Source: Acidobacteriota bacterium
GTDB lineage: Bacteria; Acidobacteriota; UBA890; WLXD01
NCBI GenBank assembly: GCA_965205505.1
Contig: CBDBHB010000008.1
Location: 832,001 to 896,000 of the forward strand
DNA length: 64,000 nucleotides
Direction of reading: 5' to 3'
Made by a program: the position numbers and the translations under genes. Each line of letters begins with the position of its first letter. Position 1 is the first letter of the stretch. Shown in pieces: positions 31,259 to 41,170 of the stretch. The notes under the pieces are model-generated. The model worked only from the letters and a program-made list of their open reading frames with translations, was not told the DNA's origin and did no database searches.

Positions 31259-32236
31259 TCAGGACTCGATTGTCGTCCCGAAGCCCTTGCCGCGAGCAGC
31301 GTGCAGTGTCGCGCTGGCGATGGCGGCGTCCTGCACGCCCAAGCCGGTCAGATCCGCAACCGTGATCTGATCTTCGGCCTCGCGGCCAACGGCGAGGCCC
31401 AGTACGACGGCTCCGAGCTCGACGCAGGCGTCGGCCCGTAGCCGGCCAGCATCGACGGCGTGGTGAATCTCGCCGACCTCGAGGCACTGGGACAAGCGGT
31501 CCGCGACCACGAGATCGGCGCGATGCAGCAGCTCGACGTCGAGCTCCTGCTTGTCGGGGCCATCGGACCCGACGGCGGTGATGTGCGTACCTGGCGCGAT
31601 CCACTCGGCACGCACCAAGGGCTCGCGGGCGACGGTCACCGTAAGCACCATATTCGCCCCCTGGACCGCGTCCTCGATCCGTTCCACCGCTTGCACGTCA
31701 ACGTCGAGCTCGTCGGCCATCTCGGCCGCGCATTGCTGCGCTCGTTCCGGGTGCCGGTTCCAAATGGCCACGCTGGGGATGGTGCGTACCTGGGCCAATG
31801 CGCGGAGCTGCATACGGGCCTGAATGCCGGCGCCGATTACGGCCACGCGGCAGAGCTTTTGCGGTGCCAGATACCGCGCGGCGACGGCCCCTGCAGCGCC
31901 GGTTCGTAGGTCACTGAGGTAGCTATTGTCGAACAGCAAGCCAGCAGGCTGGCCGTTGTTGGCGTCAAAGGCGAGCACCAGCCCGCTGGCCATGGGCAAC
32001 CCCATCTGCGGATTGCGGTAGAAGCCGCACGCGATCTTGAACACGAAGTGATCGGCGCCGTGAATGTGCGCCCCCTTCACATGAATCTCCGCGTCGATAT
32101 CAGGTATGTCGAGACCGATCGGCGGTGGCTGCGTGACCTGGTCTCGCGCCAGCGCCTCGAACGCTCTCTCGACAACATCGATGGCGACTGCCATGTCGAC
32201 GCTGTCGCGAATCTCCTGTTCCGTTAGCAGAAGCAT
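31259..32236 (-). CDS. Ornithine cyclodeaminase / mu-crystallin family protein
   Basis: LRTGAAG, GAGIQAR, VGSD...ELD, DLTGLGVQD. Confidence 0.9.
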   Translation of the reverse strand: MLLLTEQEIRDSVDMAVAIDVVERAFEALARDQVTQPPPIGLDIPDIDAEIHVKGAHIHGADHFVFKIACGFYRNPQMGLPMASGLVLAFDANNGQPAGLLFDNSYLSDLRTGAAGAVAARYLAPQKLCRVAVIGAGIQARMQLRALAQVRTIPSVAIWNRHPERAQQCAAEMADELDVDVQAVERIEDAVQGANMVLTVTVAREPLVRAEWIAPGTHITAVGSDGPDKQELDVELLHRADLVVADRLSQCLEVGEIHHAVDAGRLRADACVELGAVVLGLAVGREAEDQITVADLTGLGVQDAAIASATLHAARGKGFGTTIES

Positions 32237-32239
32237 CGG

Positions 32240-33205
32240 CTACGGCTCGTTCGCGACAACGGCAGCGAAACGCGCCGCATCGATGTTGCCGCCCGACACC
32301 ACGAGCGCCACCTTCGTATCGGGCGCCAGGCGGCCAGAGAGGATCGCGGCAAGCGCGACCGACCCACCGCCCTCGACCACCAGTCGGTGTCGCCGAAAAG
32401 CAAAGCGCATGGCGTTCGCTATCTCCTCCTCGCTCACCTCGACGTAATCGTCAACCAACTCGCTAGCCAGTCGCAGGGTGTGATGGTTCTCGGAGCCCAG
32501 GTTACCAGCCAATGCGGTGGCCAACGTTTCTTGCTCGGGCAGGCTCACCAACTTGCCGGCCTCGACGCTGCGAGCCAGCACCGCGGCTCGCTCGGCGGAC
32601 ACGCCGGTAATCCGGATGCTCGGATCGACGCTCTTCAGTCCGACAGCGACCCCGGCAATCAGACCTCCACCCCCCATCGGCACGACAACGTGGTCGACGC
32701 CAGGCTGCTGCTCGAGGATCTCACGACCAATCGTCGCATGCCCGGCGATGACTTCGGGGTGATCGAAGGGGTGCACGTAGGTAAGGCCGCGCTCACGGGC
32801 GAGCCGCAGCGAGATGGCCTCGGCAGCCTCCGCTGTCTCGCCCTCGACGATCGCCTCCGCGCCGAACTCACGAATGGCGCTCAACTTCGCGGGGTCAACC
32901 CACTCGGGAACACAGATCGTCGCACCCAGCCCCTCGCGCTTGGCAACATACGACGTCGCGAGGCCATGGTTGCCGCTCGAGGTGGCGATGATGCCGCGGC
33001 GGCGCTGATCCTCGTCGAGGCTGAGGACTCGGTTGGTGGCACCGCGAAGCTTGAACGAGCCGGTGACCTGCAGGCACTCTAGCTTGAGCCAGATCGGACA
33101 CCCGCTAAGATCCGTGAGCCACGTTGAAGGCAACAACGGGGTTGCGATGACCACGCCCGCGATCCGCGCCCGCGCACCCTCAACGTCGTAGTCACCGAGG
33201 CTCAT
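32240..33205 (-). CDS. Threonine/serine dehydratase family PLP enzyme
   Basis: KLECLQVTGSFKLRGA, SSGNHG, GGGGLI, SGGN. Confidence 0.9.
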   Translation of the reverse strand: MSLGDYDVEGARARIAGVVIATPLLPSTWLTDLSGCPIWLKLECLQVTGSFKLRGATNRVLSLDEDQRRRGIIATSSGNHGLATSYVAKREGLGATICVPEWVDPAKLSAIREFGAEAIVEGETAEAAEAISLRLARERGLTYVHPFDHPEVIAGHATIGREILEQQPGVDHVVVPMGGGGLIAGVAVGLKSVDPSIRITGVSAERAAVLARSVEAGKLVSLPEQETLATALAGNLGSENHHTLRLASELVDDYVEVSEEEIANAMRFAFRRHRLVVEGGGSVALAAILSGRLAPDTKVALVVSGGNIDAARFAAVVANEP

Positions 33206-33349
33206 GGCGTCCGACTATATCCCCTGTCGAACTCATACATGGGCTAGCGCCCGCTCGCCACACGGGACTGCCAGACTCCCTCCCTCCGTGTCGGGGCGGC
33301 AGGCGGTCCGGACTTCTTGGGCAACCGCTAGCAGGCCGTGGTGTCGCTA

Positions 33350-33988
33350 TCAGCGCAAGGTTACGTAGGAGTCGTGATGGTGGATCGCTAGGCCGGCCCA
33401 CCCATCGTACCCGACGAAGGCAGCCAAAACCTGGGCCAGCACGTTCACGCCGTCGACGACGTTGAGCACACGGTCGATCAGCTGGCGTTTCTTCCCGCCA
33501 AGGCTCTTGCTGTCGTACCAGAACGGCACGGTGGCAACAAACGGGATGCTCCCCGCCGCGGCATGACCTCGATCCAAGCCCTTGACGAAACTCTTGAGCA
33601 GCTTCCTGCGCCGCCTGCGATCGTTCCAGTCAGCAAGCTGGTACGGCTCGATGTCGACGATGACACCGTCGAAGAGCCCGGTGGCCGCGATTTCCGCGAC
33701 CCATGCCTCGACGACCGACGGGCTGGTCGCCCACGACGCGTCGCCGTTGAGAGCGTAAACCTCGATTCCCAGCGCGTGCGCGTCGGCGACGAAATCACCG
33801 AACGTGGCCGCAGTGCCGGTGCTGACGTATTGGTAGACGCGACCGACACCTTTGTTCGACGCGAAATCGAGCGCCGCGGCGGACGGCGGTGACCAGATCC
33901 AGATCGCCCGGTCGGTCGCAGACTGCGCCGGGGCGGGCATTGCGGCCACGATCAGGAGAAGCGAAACGACAGATAACAAACGACGCAT
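33350..33988 (-). CDS. Hypothetical secreted TIM-barrel-like protein, possibly internally deleted
   Basis: Signal peptide, AIWIW, FDGVIVDIEPY, VPFWYD, GLAIHH. Confidence 0.6.
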   Translation of the reverse strand: MRRLLSVVSLLLIVAAMPAPAQSATDRAIWIWSPPSAAALDFASNKGVGRVYQYVSTGTAATFGDFVADAHALGIEVYALNGDASWATSPSVVEAWVAEIAATGLFDGVIVDIEPYQLADWNDRRRRRKLLKSFVKGLDRGHAAAGSIPFVATVPFWYDSKSLGGKKRQLIDRVLNVVDGVNVLAQVLAAFVGYDGWAGLAIHHHDSYVTLR

Positions 33989-34112
33989 CGGATGGACACT
34001 AGGTACGCGAGCTCGGGCGTGGGAGCCTGGTGGGGTGCGTCGAGTGGCCTGTAACAGATGATCGTTGCCTATCGTGGTGGCGACCCGCGGCAAAACGTCG
34101 GAACATGGCACT

Positions 34113-35069
34113 ATGCAAGGTCTGTGGATGCACGATGGCGAGATGCGTCTACGCGACGACCTTCCACGCCCCTGCCCGGAACCCGGCGAGGCGCTGATTC
34201 GTGTCCGACGCGCCGGCATCTGCAACACGGACCTCGAGATGATGCGTGGATACGCGCCGTTTCGGGGGGTGCTGGGTCACGAGTTCGTCGGAGAGGTAGT
34301 CGACGGGCCGCCGGGGCTTACGGGTCGGCGTGTGGTGGGTGAGATCAACGTTGATTGTCGCAGCTGCTCACGCTGCGTGGCCAACGACCCGAAGCACTGC
34401 GTACGACGGAGGGTGCTTGGCATCCGGGGCCTTGACGGCGCCTTCGCCGAGTACACGGTGCTGCCGGTTCGCAACCTCCACGCCGTGCCTGACTCGGTCA
34501 GCGATCGCGAAGCAGCGTTCACCGAACCGCTGGCGGCGGCGCAGCACACCGCCGAGCAGGCTGGGATCAAGCAGTCCGACGGTGTGTTGGTGGTAGGCGA
34601 CGGTAAACTCGGCCAGCTCGTGGCTCGCGCACTCGCACCAAGCAGTGCACGTGTCACTGTTCTGGGCCATCATCAGCGCAAGCTGGCGCTGCTGGCGGAC
34701 CTGGGGATCGCGACGTCGACCGACGCAAGCAGCATCGGAGACGAGTTCGACGTTGCTGTCGATTGTAGCGGCGTGCCTGAGGGCTTCGAGGCAGCGCGAT
34801 CGGCGCTGCGGGCAGGAGGCACCCTGGTGCTCAAGAGTACCTACGCCGGTCGGCTGGTTATCGATGCATCATCGTTGGTGGTGGACGAGATCCGCGTCGT
34901 CGGCTCACGATGCGGCGCGTTCGAGCCGGCGATCGAGGCTCTTGCCAGCGGCCGCGTGGCGGTGACGCCGCTACTGGACGCGACCTACCCCCTCGAGCAG
35001 GGTCTCGTCGCACTCGACCACGCGGCGCGCCGCGGCACCCTGAAGATCCAGCTCGAGATTTCCGCATAG
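34113..35069 (+). CDS. Zinc-dependent alcohol dehydrogenase (MDR) family protein
   Basis: GICNTD, GHEFVG, CxxCxxC...C, GDGKLG. Confidence 0.9.
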   Translation: MQGLWMHDGEMRLRDDLPRPCPEPGEALIRVRRAGICNTDLEMMRGYAPFRGVLGHEFVGEVVDGPPGLTGRRVVGEINVDCRSCSRCVANDPKHCVRRRVLGIRGLDGAFAEYTVLPVRNLHAVPDSVSDREAAFTEPLAAAQHTAEQAGIKQSDGVLVVGDGKLGQLVARALAPSSARVTVLGHHQRKLALLADLGIATSTDASSIGDEFDVAVDCSGVPEGFEAARSALRAGGTLVLKSTYAGRLVIDASSLVVDEIRVVGSRCGAFEPAIEALASGRVAVTPLLDATYPLEQGLVALDHAARRGTLKIQLEISA

Positions 35070-35214
35070 GGCGACCCACCCGCCACTCCCGGCACGTCGA
35101 CGTGGCCGCTGCCACCCTCTGGCCCCCGATACGAAGGAATCGGACAGTCGGCCTCGAGCGGTTGCCGGCAGCGGCCGAGGGTGGCCAACTGGGTGCATCG
35201 GATGAAGCCAGAAC

Positions 35215-35330
35215 TCACTAATGATGATATATAACAATTAACATGATTGTTTCAGATGTAACACTGACTATTTATATGTGTGACGGACTAGTGCGTGATG
35301 TTATAACGGTCTCAATCAGTTATCTGACCA
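35215..35330 (+). promoter_or_regulatory. AT-rich promoter region with inverted repeat AACAAT-N7-ATTGTT
   Basis: Sharp drop in GC content; inverted repeat at 35233-35251. Confidence 0.45.
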
Positions 35331-35360
35331 ACCCCCTCCCGCTCCCGAAAGGGAAAGCCC

Positions 35361-36695
35361 ATGAAGTGCACGGCGTCACTCAAGGTCCTCGGAGACGAAG
35401 ACGGCTTCGGCTTGCTCTTCGCGCTCATGGCCATGGCTGCTGTCGGCCTGATCGGGTGGTCGATGATGACCAACGGCATGATCGACATGACCATCTCGGA
35501 CAACTTCCGAAGCAAGTCGGTAGCCTTCTACGCAGCGGACGCCGGCATCGAGCAATCGCTGGTGGATCTCAAGGTAGACGACGCCTGGATCGACGAGATC
35601 GTCAATCCCGCGACGTGGGAGTTGATTCCGCTCAGCTCCTCGAGCCTGACGATCAACGGACACACGCTGACCCTGTCGCTCGACGGTAGCGGCTACATCG
35701 TTCCCGGCTACTACAGCTTCGGCCCGCCCACTTCGATCGGAGCCGGTAGCTACACACGCGACATCTACCTTCCGCCAGTACTCGGCGACTACAGCGGCGA
35801 CTGTGACGACTCCGGCGCTTCCAGCTCCGCTGGCTCCGGCTCCGGTAGCTCCGGCGGATCGAGCTCGGGTGGTTCCAGCTCGAGCGCCGCTCTCTTGCCG
35901 TTGGCGCCTGGCCCGCAGTTCGGGCTCGCCACCATGGCGCTGATCACCGCCGCCAAGGTCGACATATGCCACGTGCCTTCGGGCAGCCCTTCGGACGCCT
36001 ACACGATCAACGTGTCCACTAGCGCGCTGTCTGCTCACCTGGCGCACGGAGACTCGGCCGGAGCCTGCGCCTCCTCGAGCGGTAGCTCGAGCGGTAGCTC
36101 GAGCGGCTCGGGATCGGGATCGGGATCGGGATCGGGATCGGGTACCCCTGAGGACCCCTGCGACCTACTTTCGAGCGGTTCGTCGAGCTCGGGTGGCTCT
36201 GGCTCGGGTGGCTCGAGCTCCAGTGGTTCTGGCTACGCTAGCTCCAGCTCGGGTGGATCGGGATCTGGCGGCTTCTTCGCCAGCATCGGCAGCGCGTTGG
36301 CTCACGCCAGGATGGTCCTGGCGACGCCGCTGTTCGGCGAGCGGAACCCGGGCAACCACAAGGAGGCCGACGGGCTCGCAGCGCATGACTCCAGCGGGTC
36401 GAGCTCGAGCGGATCCAGTTCCGGTGGCTCCAGCTCTAGTGGTTCCAGCTCAGGTGGTTCCAGCTCCAGCGGATCCAGCTCGGGTGGTTCCAGCTCGGCT
36501 TCAGGTTCCGGTGGCTCCAGCTCGGGCAGCGAGCCTGAGCCGGTCGAGGAGCTCGTGTTCACGGTGCGCTCCACTGGCACTGGCGCGCAGGTCGAGATGG
36601 GTTCGCAGGTTCTCTACGCCGACCTCGTCTTCGCTGTCGAACAGGACAGCAATGTGCTCGAGATCTCGGTGCGCAACTGGCGGCAGGACCGCTAA
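35361..36695 (+). CDS. PilX-like minor pilin with long Ser/Gly linkers and a Cys/His module
   Basis: DGFGLLFAL hydrophobic N-terminus, AFYAADAGIE, Ser/Gly tracts, KVDICHVP...SAHLAHGDSAGAC, TVRSTG. Confidence 0.75.
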   Translation: MKCTASLKVLGDEDGFGLLFALMAMAAVGLIGWSMMTNGMIDMTISDNFRSKSVAFYAADAGIEQSLVDLKVDDAWIDEIVNPATWELIPLSSSSLTINGHTLTLSLDGSGYIVPGYYSFGPPTSIGAGSYTRDIYLPPVLGDYSGDCDDSGASSSAGSGSGSSGGSSSGGSSSSAALLPLAPGPQFGLATMALITAAKVDICHVPSGSPSDAYTINVSTSALSAHLAHGDSAGACASSSGSSSGSSSGSGSGSGSGSGSGTPEDPCDLLSSGSSSSGGSGSGGSSSSGSGYASSSSGGSGSGGFFASIGSALAHARMVLATPLFGERNPGNHKEADGLAAHDSSGSSSSGSSSGGSSSSGSSSGGSSSSGSSSGGSSSASGSGGSSSGSEPEPVEELVFTVRSTGTGAQVEMGSQVLYADLVFAVEQDSNVLEISVRNWRQDR

Positions 36696-36712
36696 GACAA
36701 GGATCCGAAGCG

Positions 36713-37114
36713 ATGCGAGATGTCGAAGGCTTCTCGTTGGTCGAAGCGCTAGTGGCAGTGTTCATCCTGACAGTGGTGTCGCTGTCACTAGCGCAGATGA
36801 TCGGGCTGGGGATGCTCTCCGACAAGAGCTCGACCGATCTGACCGGCGCGACCGTCTTGTCCACTGACAAGATCGAGGAGCTGCGCGGCTCTGACTACGT
36901 GTCGCTTTTTCAAGGCGGCTCGCTCGACTCGGACTCTAGCGGCTACTTCGACACGGCCGACGTCGACAACGATGGAACGATCGACTTCACTCGGCGCTGG
37001 AAGATAATCGACCAGGCGGGTGGCAAGACACTCGAGGTTAGGGACATCGCGATGGTCGAAGGTCTGGGGCCGGTTCGCGAGGCAACAATGGCAACGGTGG
37101 TGGCAGAACGATGA
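36713..37114 (+). CDS. Prepilin-type N-terminal cleavage/methylation protein (PilV-like)
   Basis: EG|FSLVEALVAV class III signal peptide. Confidence 0.85.
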   Translation: MRDVEGFSLVEALVAVFILTVVSLSLAQMIGLGMLSDKSSTDLTGATVLSTDKIEELRGSDYVSLFQGGSLDSDSSGYFDTADVDNDGTIDFTRRWKIIDQAGGKTLEVRDIAMVEGLGPVREATMATVVAER

Positions 37115-37779
37115 CGAATCTCCGCAATGCTGCTGGATACTCGCTAATCGAGGTCATGGTCGCCAGCTTGATAATGACGATGATACTCGGCGGCTTGTTC
37201 GGCGCCCTCGACTCCACGCAGACCTTCTATGAGAACTACGCCGACAACTCCGACATGCGGCAGAACGCCCGCGTGGCGATAGACACCATGGCCACCGAGC
37301 TACGCTACGCCGGCTACGACATAGGAGACCTGACCGAAGCACTGTCGCAGGCCGACGACACCACGATTCAGTTCGTTGCCGATATCGACGACGGCGCGGC
37401 GAGCGGTCCCTGTGATGCATCCCAGGAATCAACCACCAACGGCGGTGCCGAGCGCATCACCTACAGCTTGAACACCGGTACTGGCGAGCTAACGCGAACC
37501 GTTGACTGCTACGACGGGTCAGCATGGATTGTCAACGTCCATAGCTCGGTGGTGCTCGACAACTTCGACACCAGCTCGATCGTGTTCGCCTATTATGACT
37601 TCACCGGGACGCGAATCCCATTGGGCGGCGGCACACTGGACGCCGACGGCCGATCGGATGTCCGGTCTGTGGAGATCATCTTCGGTCTGGTCGACGAGAC
37701 CGAGTCGCAGCTCATCGGTGAGACAAACACCAACCTCCAGCTGCGGACCACCGTACGTCTCCACAACCAGGAAATGTAG
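37111..37779 (+). CDS. Prepilin-type protein (PilW-like)
   Basis: AG|YSLIEVMVA; QNARVAID...ELRYAGY. Confidence 0.85.
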   Translation: MTNLRNAAGYSLIEVMVASLIMTMILGGLFGALDSTQTFYENYADNSDMRQNARVAIDTMATELRYAGYDIGDLTEALSQADDTTIQFVADIDDGAASGPCDASQESTTNGGAERITYSLNTGTGELTRTVDCYDGSAWIVNVHSSVVLDNFDTSSIVFAYYDFTGTRIPLGGGTLDADGRSDVRSVEIIFGLVDETESQLIGETNTNLQLRTTVRLHNQEM

Positions 37780-37788
37780 CCGATAGCC

Positions 37789-38688
37789 ATGACGCGCCCC
37801 ACCGATTTACGCATCGACACCACCGCGCTGCTGCGAAATTTGCTCATCTTCTGCGTCAGCATCGAGATGCTGCTCTTCACGTTTGATTACTACTTGAACT
37901 ATGCCGGTGGTAGCCACAGCTCGGCACTCCGACGGCTGTTCAGTACTTCGCGCGAAGACGGTCTCGCCGGATGGGTGGCGGTCCTGCAGACTGCGATGAT
38001 CGCCGTGACGCTGTGGGCAATTTACATGGTGGTCCGCAAGACTGCGACACGCTGGCAGATACTCGGGTGGCAGGCGCTGCTGGTCTTCTTCTGCTATCTG
38101 GCGCTCGACGACGGCGCTCACATTCACGAGCGCCTCGGCACCGCCTACAACGAGGCCGGCGACGGCTTCGCGCTGGGCGCCTGGACGTTGGAGTTGTTTC
38201 CCAGCTACCGCTGGCAGATCGTCTTCATGCCGCTGTTCGCAGCGATGGGGTTCTTCATGTTCGGCTTCCTGCTCAAGCAGCTACGCGGGTGGAAACCGAA
38301 GGCGGCCGTGTTCGTCGCCCTGAGCTGCCTGGCCGGCGCTGTGGTGTTGGACTTCTTCGAAGGGCTGGCGCCGACTCACGCGCTCAACCCCTATACGGCG
38401 ATCACACAGCGCTGGCACCTGGAGTACTGGGCGGCGCGGACATCCGACGTCAGCGCCTATGACATGCTGCTGCACTTCTCCAAGTCGATCGAGGAATGCA
38501 CCGAGATGTTCGGGATGACGCTGCTGTGGGTGGTGTTCCTGCATCACTTCACATGGCTCGCTCGCGACCTGCGCGTGCGGTTCGATCCGCCGCAGCCCCG
38601 ACGAGCGGCAGCGCCGGATCACGGCGTGGCGGCGGTCGCGCAATCCCCCGATCTGATGCCGGCGTCGGAGTTACCCAGAGCGGCCTGA
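37789..38688 (+). CDS. Hypothetical polytopic membrane protein
   Basis: About six TM segments, LDDGAHIHE and EECTEMFG motifs; follows the pilin genes on the same strand. Confidence 0.75.
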   Translation: MTRPTDLRIDTTALLRNLLIFCVSIEMLLFTFDYYLNYAGGSHSSALRRLFSTSREDGLAGWVAVLQTAMIAVTLWAIYMVVRKTATRWQILGWQALLVFFCYLALDDGAHIHERLGTAYNEAGDGFALGAWTLELFPSYRWQIVFMPLFAAMGFFMFGFLLKQLRGWKPKAAVFVALSCLAGAVVLDFFEGLAPTHALNPYTAITQRWHLEYWAARTSDVSAYDMLLHFSKSIEECTEMFGMTLLWVVFLHHFTWLARDLRVRFDPPQPRRAAAPDHGVAAVAQSPDLMPASELPRAA

Positions 38689-38739
38689 CCCGCCGGCCAT
38701 ATCGCTGGCCGCAAGCAACCTTCCTGCTGGGGAATCCCG

Positions 38740-40395
38740 CTACGACGCCTTGGGAAGCTCCCCCAACGCCGCTGGTTGGTGCAGGGACCACCAATCCTCC
38801 GCCTCGCTCGGGCCCCATCGGGCGCCGTCAAGCGGCACCTGGGACAGAGCCTCGGACAACTCGCGCATGCTCTCGAATCGGTCGGCTGGGTTCTTTTCGA
38901 GGCACTTGAGAATCGCTGCATCTAGCGACGCGGGAATCAGCAGCTCGGTACGAGTCGAGGGTGCCGCCGGCTGCGTCTTGACGTGATCGACCACCATCGC
39001 CATGGGTGTGGGCTGATCGAACACCAGCTTGCCCGTTACGAGCCAGTACGCGACACACCCGAGGGCGTAGACGTCGGTGGCGGGACCGATCAGCTCGGCC
39101 TGCATCGCCAGCTCGGGCGGCATGTAGGCGGGGGTGCCAGTGGTCAGCCCGTCGACAGTCAGCTGGGTGTCTCCGTGGGCGTCCTGCTGCTTCACCAGGC
39201 CGAAATCGAGGACCTTGACGAAATCGTGCTCGCCGCCCAGGCGACAAGCGTGGATGTTCGCCGGCTTGATATCGCGATGCACCAGGCCGCGGGTATGAGC
39301 CTCGGCCAACGATGCACACGCCTGCCGCAACAGGTAGATGGCGCGCCCCGGCGGCAACGGCCCGAAGCGCTTGACCAAGGTCTCCAGATCGAGACCCTCC
39401 AGATACTCCATTACGTAGTAGAACACCCCTTCGTTGGTAATGCCGAAGTCGTAGATCTCGACGGTGTTGGGAGATCGAAGCCCTGCCGTCGCCCGCGCCT
39501 CGCGCTCGAAGCGGCGGGTCGCCATCTTCGTCGAGTCCTTGTCGCCGTCGCTCAAGAGCTCGGGACGAATGATCTTGATTGCGGCCGGTCGGGCCAGAGT
39601 CTGATGCTGTGCCAACCACACCTCACCCATGCCGCCCTGGCCGATGCGCTCCTGCAGGTCGTAGGTGTTCGCCGAGCGCGCGTCGATGGCCACCGACCGG
39701 AAGCGATCGATGAGTAGCACGCCCAGAATCGATACGATCACGGCGATCGACAGTAGGAACACAACGTCGGTGATCTTGGAGGCAGTCAGCACCGACTGTG
39801 TCAGCAACCGCACTTCCGGATGCCGAGCGCGCACCAGCACTCCGAGCGCGATCGGCGCCGCCCCCAGCGGCACGATGACGGCGGCGGCGCGAGCCCACGT
39901 GTTGGGAACGAAGATCGCGTAGGTCGCCATCAACAACACGAATGAAAGGGCCGTCAGGTTCCATCGCGACAGCACCAGCCCGGCGTCACCAGCAGCGGCC
40001 TCCCGCAACAACTGACCATGATCGAGCACCAGAATGTGCGCGCTCACGGCCACGAACAACACGATCTCTAGCGCGCGCAAGCGGCCTAGCGAAAGATCAC
40101 TCGCGGCAAACAGCAGGATGGTGCCCACGGCGACCAACGCGATGGTGCCGATACGGACCACCCCCACGCCTGCCTGATTGAGGAAAAGATCACGCAACAG
40201 GAACACCGTTGTCCCGCCCAACATGATCGCTGCGAGAGGCCGCAGCAACATGTGCAGGATCACGCGTGTCGCCGGGTCCCCCGACGCGACTGCATCCAGC
40301 AGTCCGGTCTCTGGTCAGAACTTGTGCTTGCAACGATCCGCAGGCGCACGGCCGGCGAGCGAAGGGGCTGTGGGATTCGTGTGCTGTTCAGTCAT
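38740..40395 (-). CDS. Membrane-bound Hanks-type Ser/Thr kinase; candidate selenoprotein (TGA codon 27 at 40315-40317)
   Basis: GQGGMGEV, AIK, HRDIKPAN, DFG and GTPAYM motifs with about six TM segments. An in-frame ATG at 40395 has a GCAGGT RBS and reads through one TGA. The kinase call is firm; Sec read-through is inferred. Confidence 0.8.
40288..40314 (-). promoter_or_regulatory. Candidate SECIS hairpin of the kinase
   Basis: TGA + 10 nt + GACTGC-TGGAT-GCAGTC; perfect 6-bp stem, loop G at +18. Confidence 0.62.
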
Positions 40396-40522
40396 GATCA
40401 ACCTGCCCGATTGGCGTCGGGGTCATTCTCGCACGGACTAGGTATGCCTCTCGGCACCGTATCTTGCCCGTGTAACGACGAGCGGGCATACAACTCGAAG
40501 TTTGCTGCCGACGAGCACGAGG

Positions 40523-41080
40523 TTACTCGGCGCCTGGTGTCACCGCACCAAGGCGTCCGACGATCGAGCCGTCCTCGCCCAACAATCGCAGCTCCGGCGT
40601 TCCGTCGTCCAAGCCCAGTACGATCCGGAGTCGGCCGGCACGATCGAACAGCTCCAGCCGCGGCCCCGCAGACGGAACACTCAGCATCGCTTCGACATCG
40701 CCGGACCGACCCATCAACGCTACCATCGGACCGAATCGATCGCTCACCGTGATCGCGCCACGTGGGCGACCGGCAGCGTCGTGGACGCGTAGTCGTCGAG
40801 CACTCGTGGCGCTCACCTCGGAGGGCACCGGCCGGAGCGCCGGCAACGGTGCAGTAGAGACCGGCGGCTGTACGCGCTGACGCACTTGCCGCTGCAGATC
40901 GTCGATCATCCGCTGCAGGCGACTGGTCTCGTAGTCGAGGCGGAACCGGAGATTGCCGACCTCCTGTCTCAGCTGCATTGTCGCTGCCGATTCCTGCACA
41001 CGGTTGGCAAGCTCTGCGTACAACACTACGAACGGCAACGAGATCAGGCTGAGGGTAAACAAACGGGATACGGTGACCAT
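40523..41080 (-). CDS. Hypothetical membrane-anchored coiled-coil protein with C-terminal beta repeats
   Basis: N-terminal TM segment, coiled coil, repeated P.L.L.D..G..R units. Confidence 0.65.
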   Translation of the reverse strand: MVTVSRLFTLSLISLPFVVLYAELANRVQESAATMQLRQEVGNLRFRLDYETSRLQRMIDDLQRQVRQRVQPPVSTAPLPALRPVPSEVSATSARRLRVHDAAGRPRGAITVSDRFGPMVALMGRSGDVEAMLSVPSAGPRLELFDRAGRLRIVLGLDDGTPELRLLGEDGSIVGRLGAVTPGAE

Positions 41081-41170
41081 CGGCGCGCTCCGTCGAATCG
41101 GGGATGGCGTGTGTCGTTGAGCGTCGTCGGAGTTTAGCCGCCGACGACAATCAAGCTCTGCAAGGCGACT

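Noticed and set aside
36080-36530. GGATCG and AGCTCG-type tandem repeats as a CRISPR array or satellite
   Set aside because: They encode the Ser/Gly linkers of the PilX-like ORF; there are no unique spacers and no cas genes.
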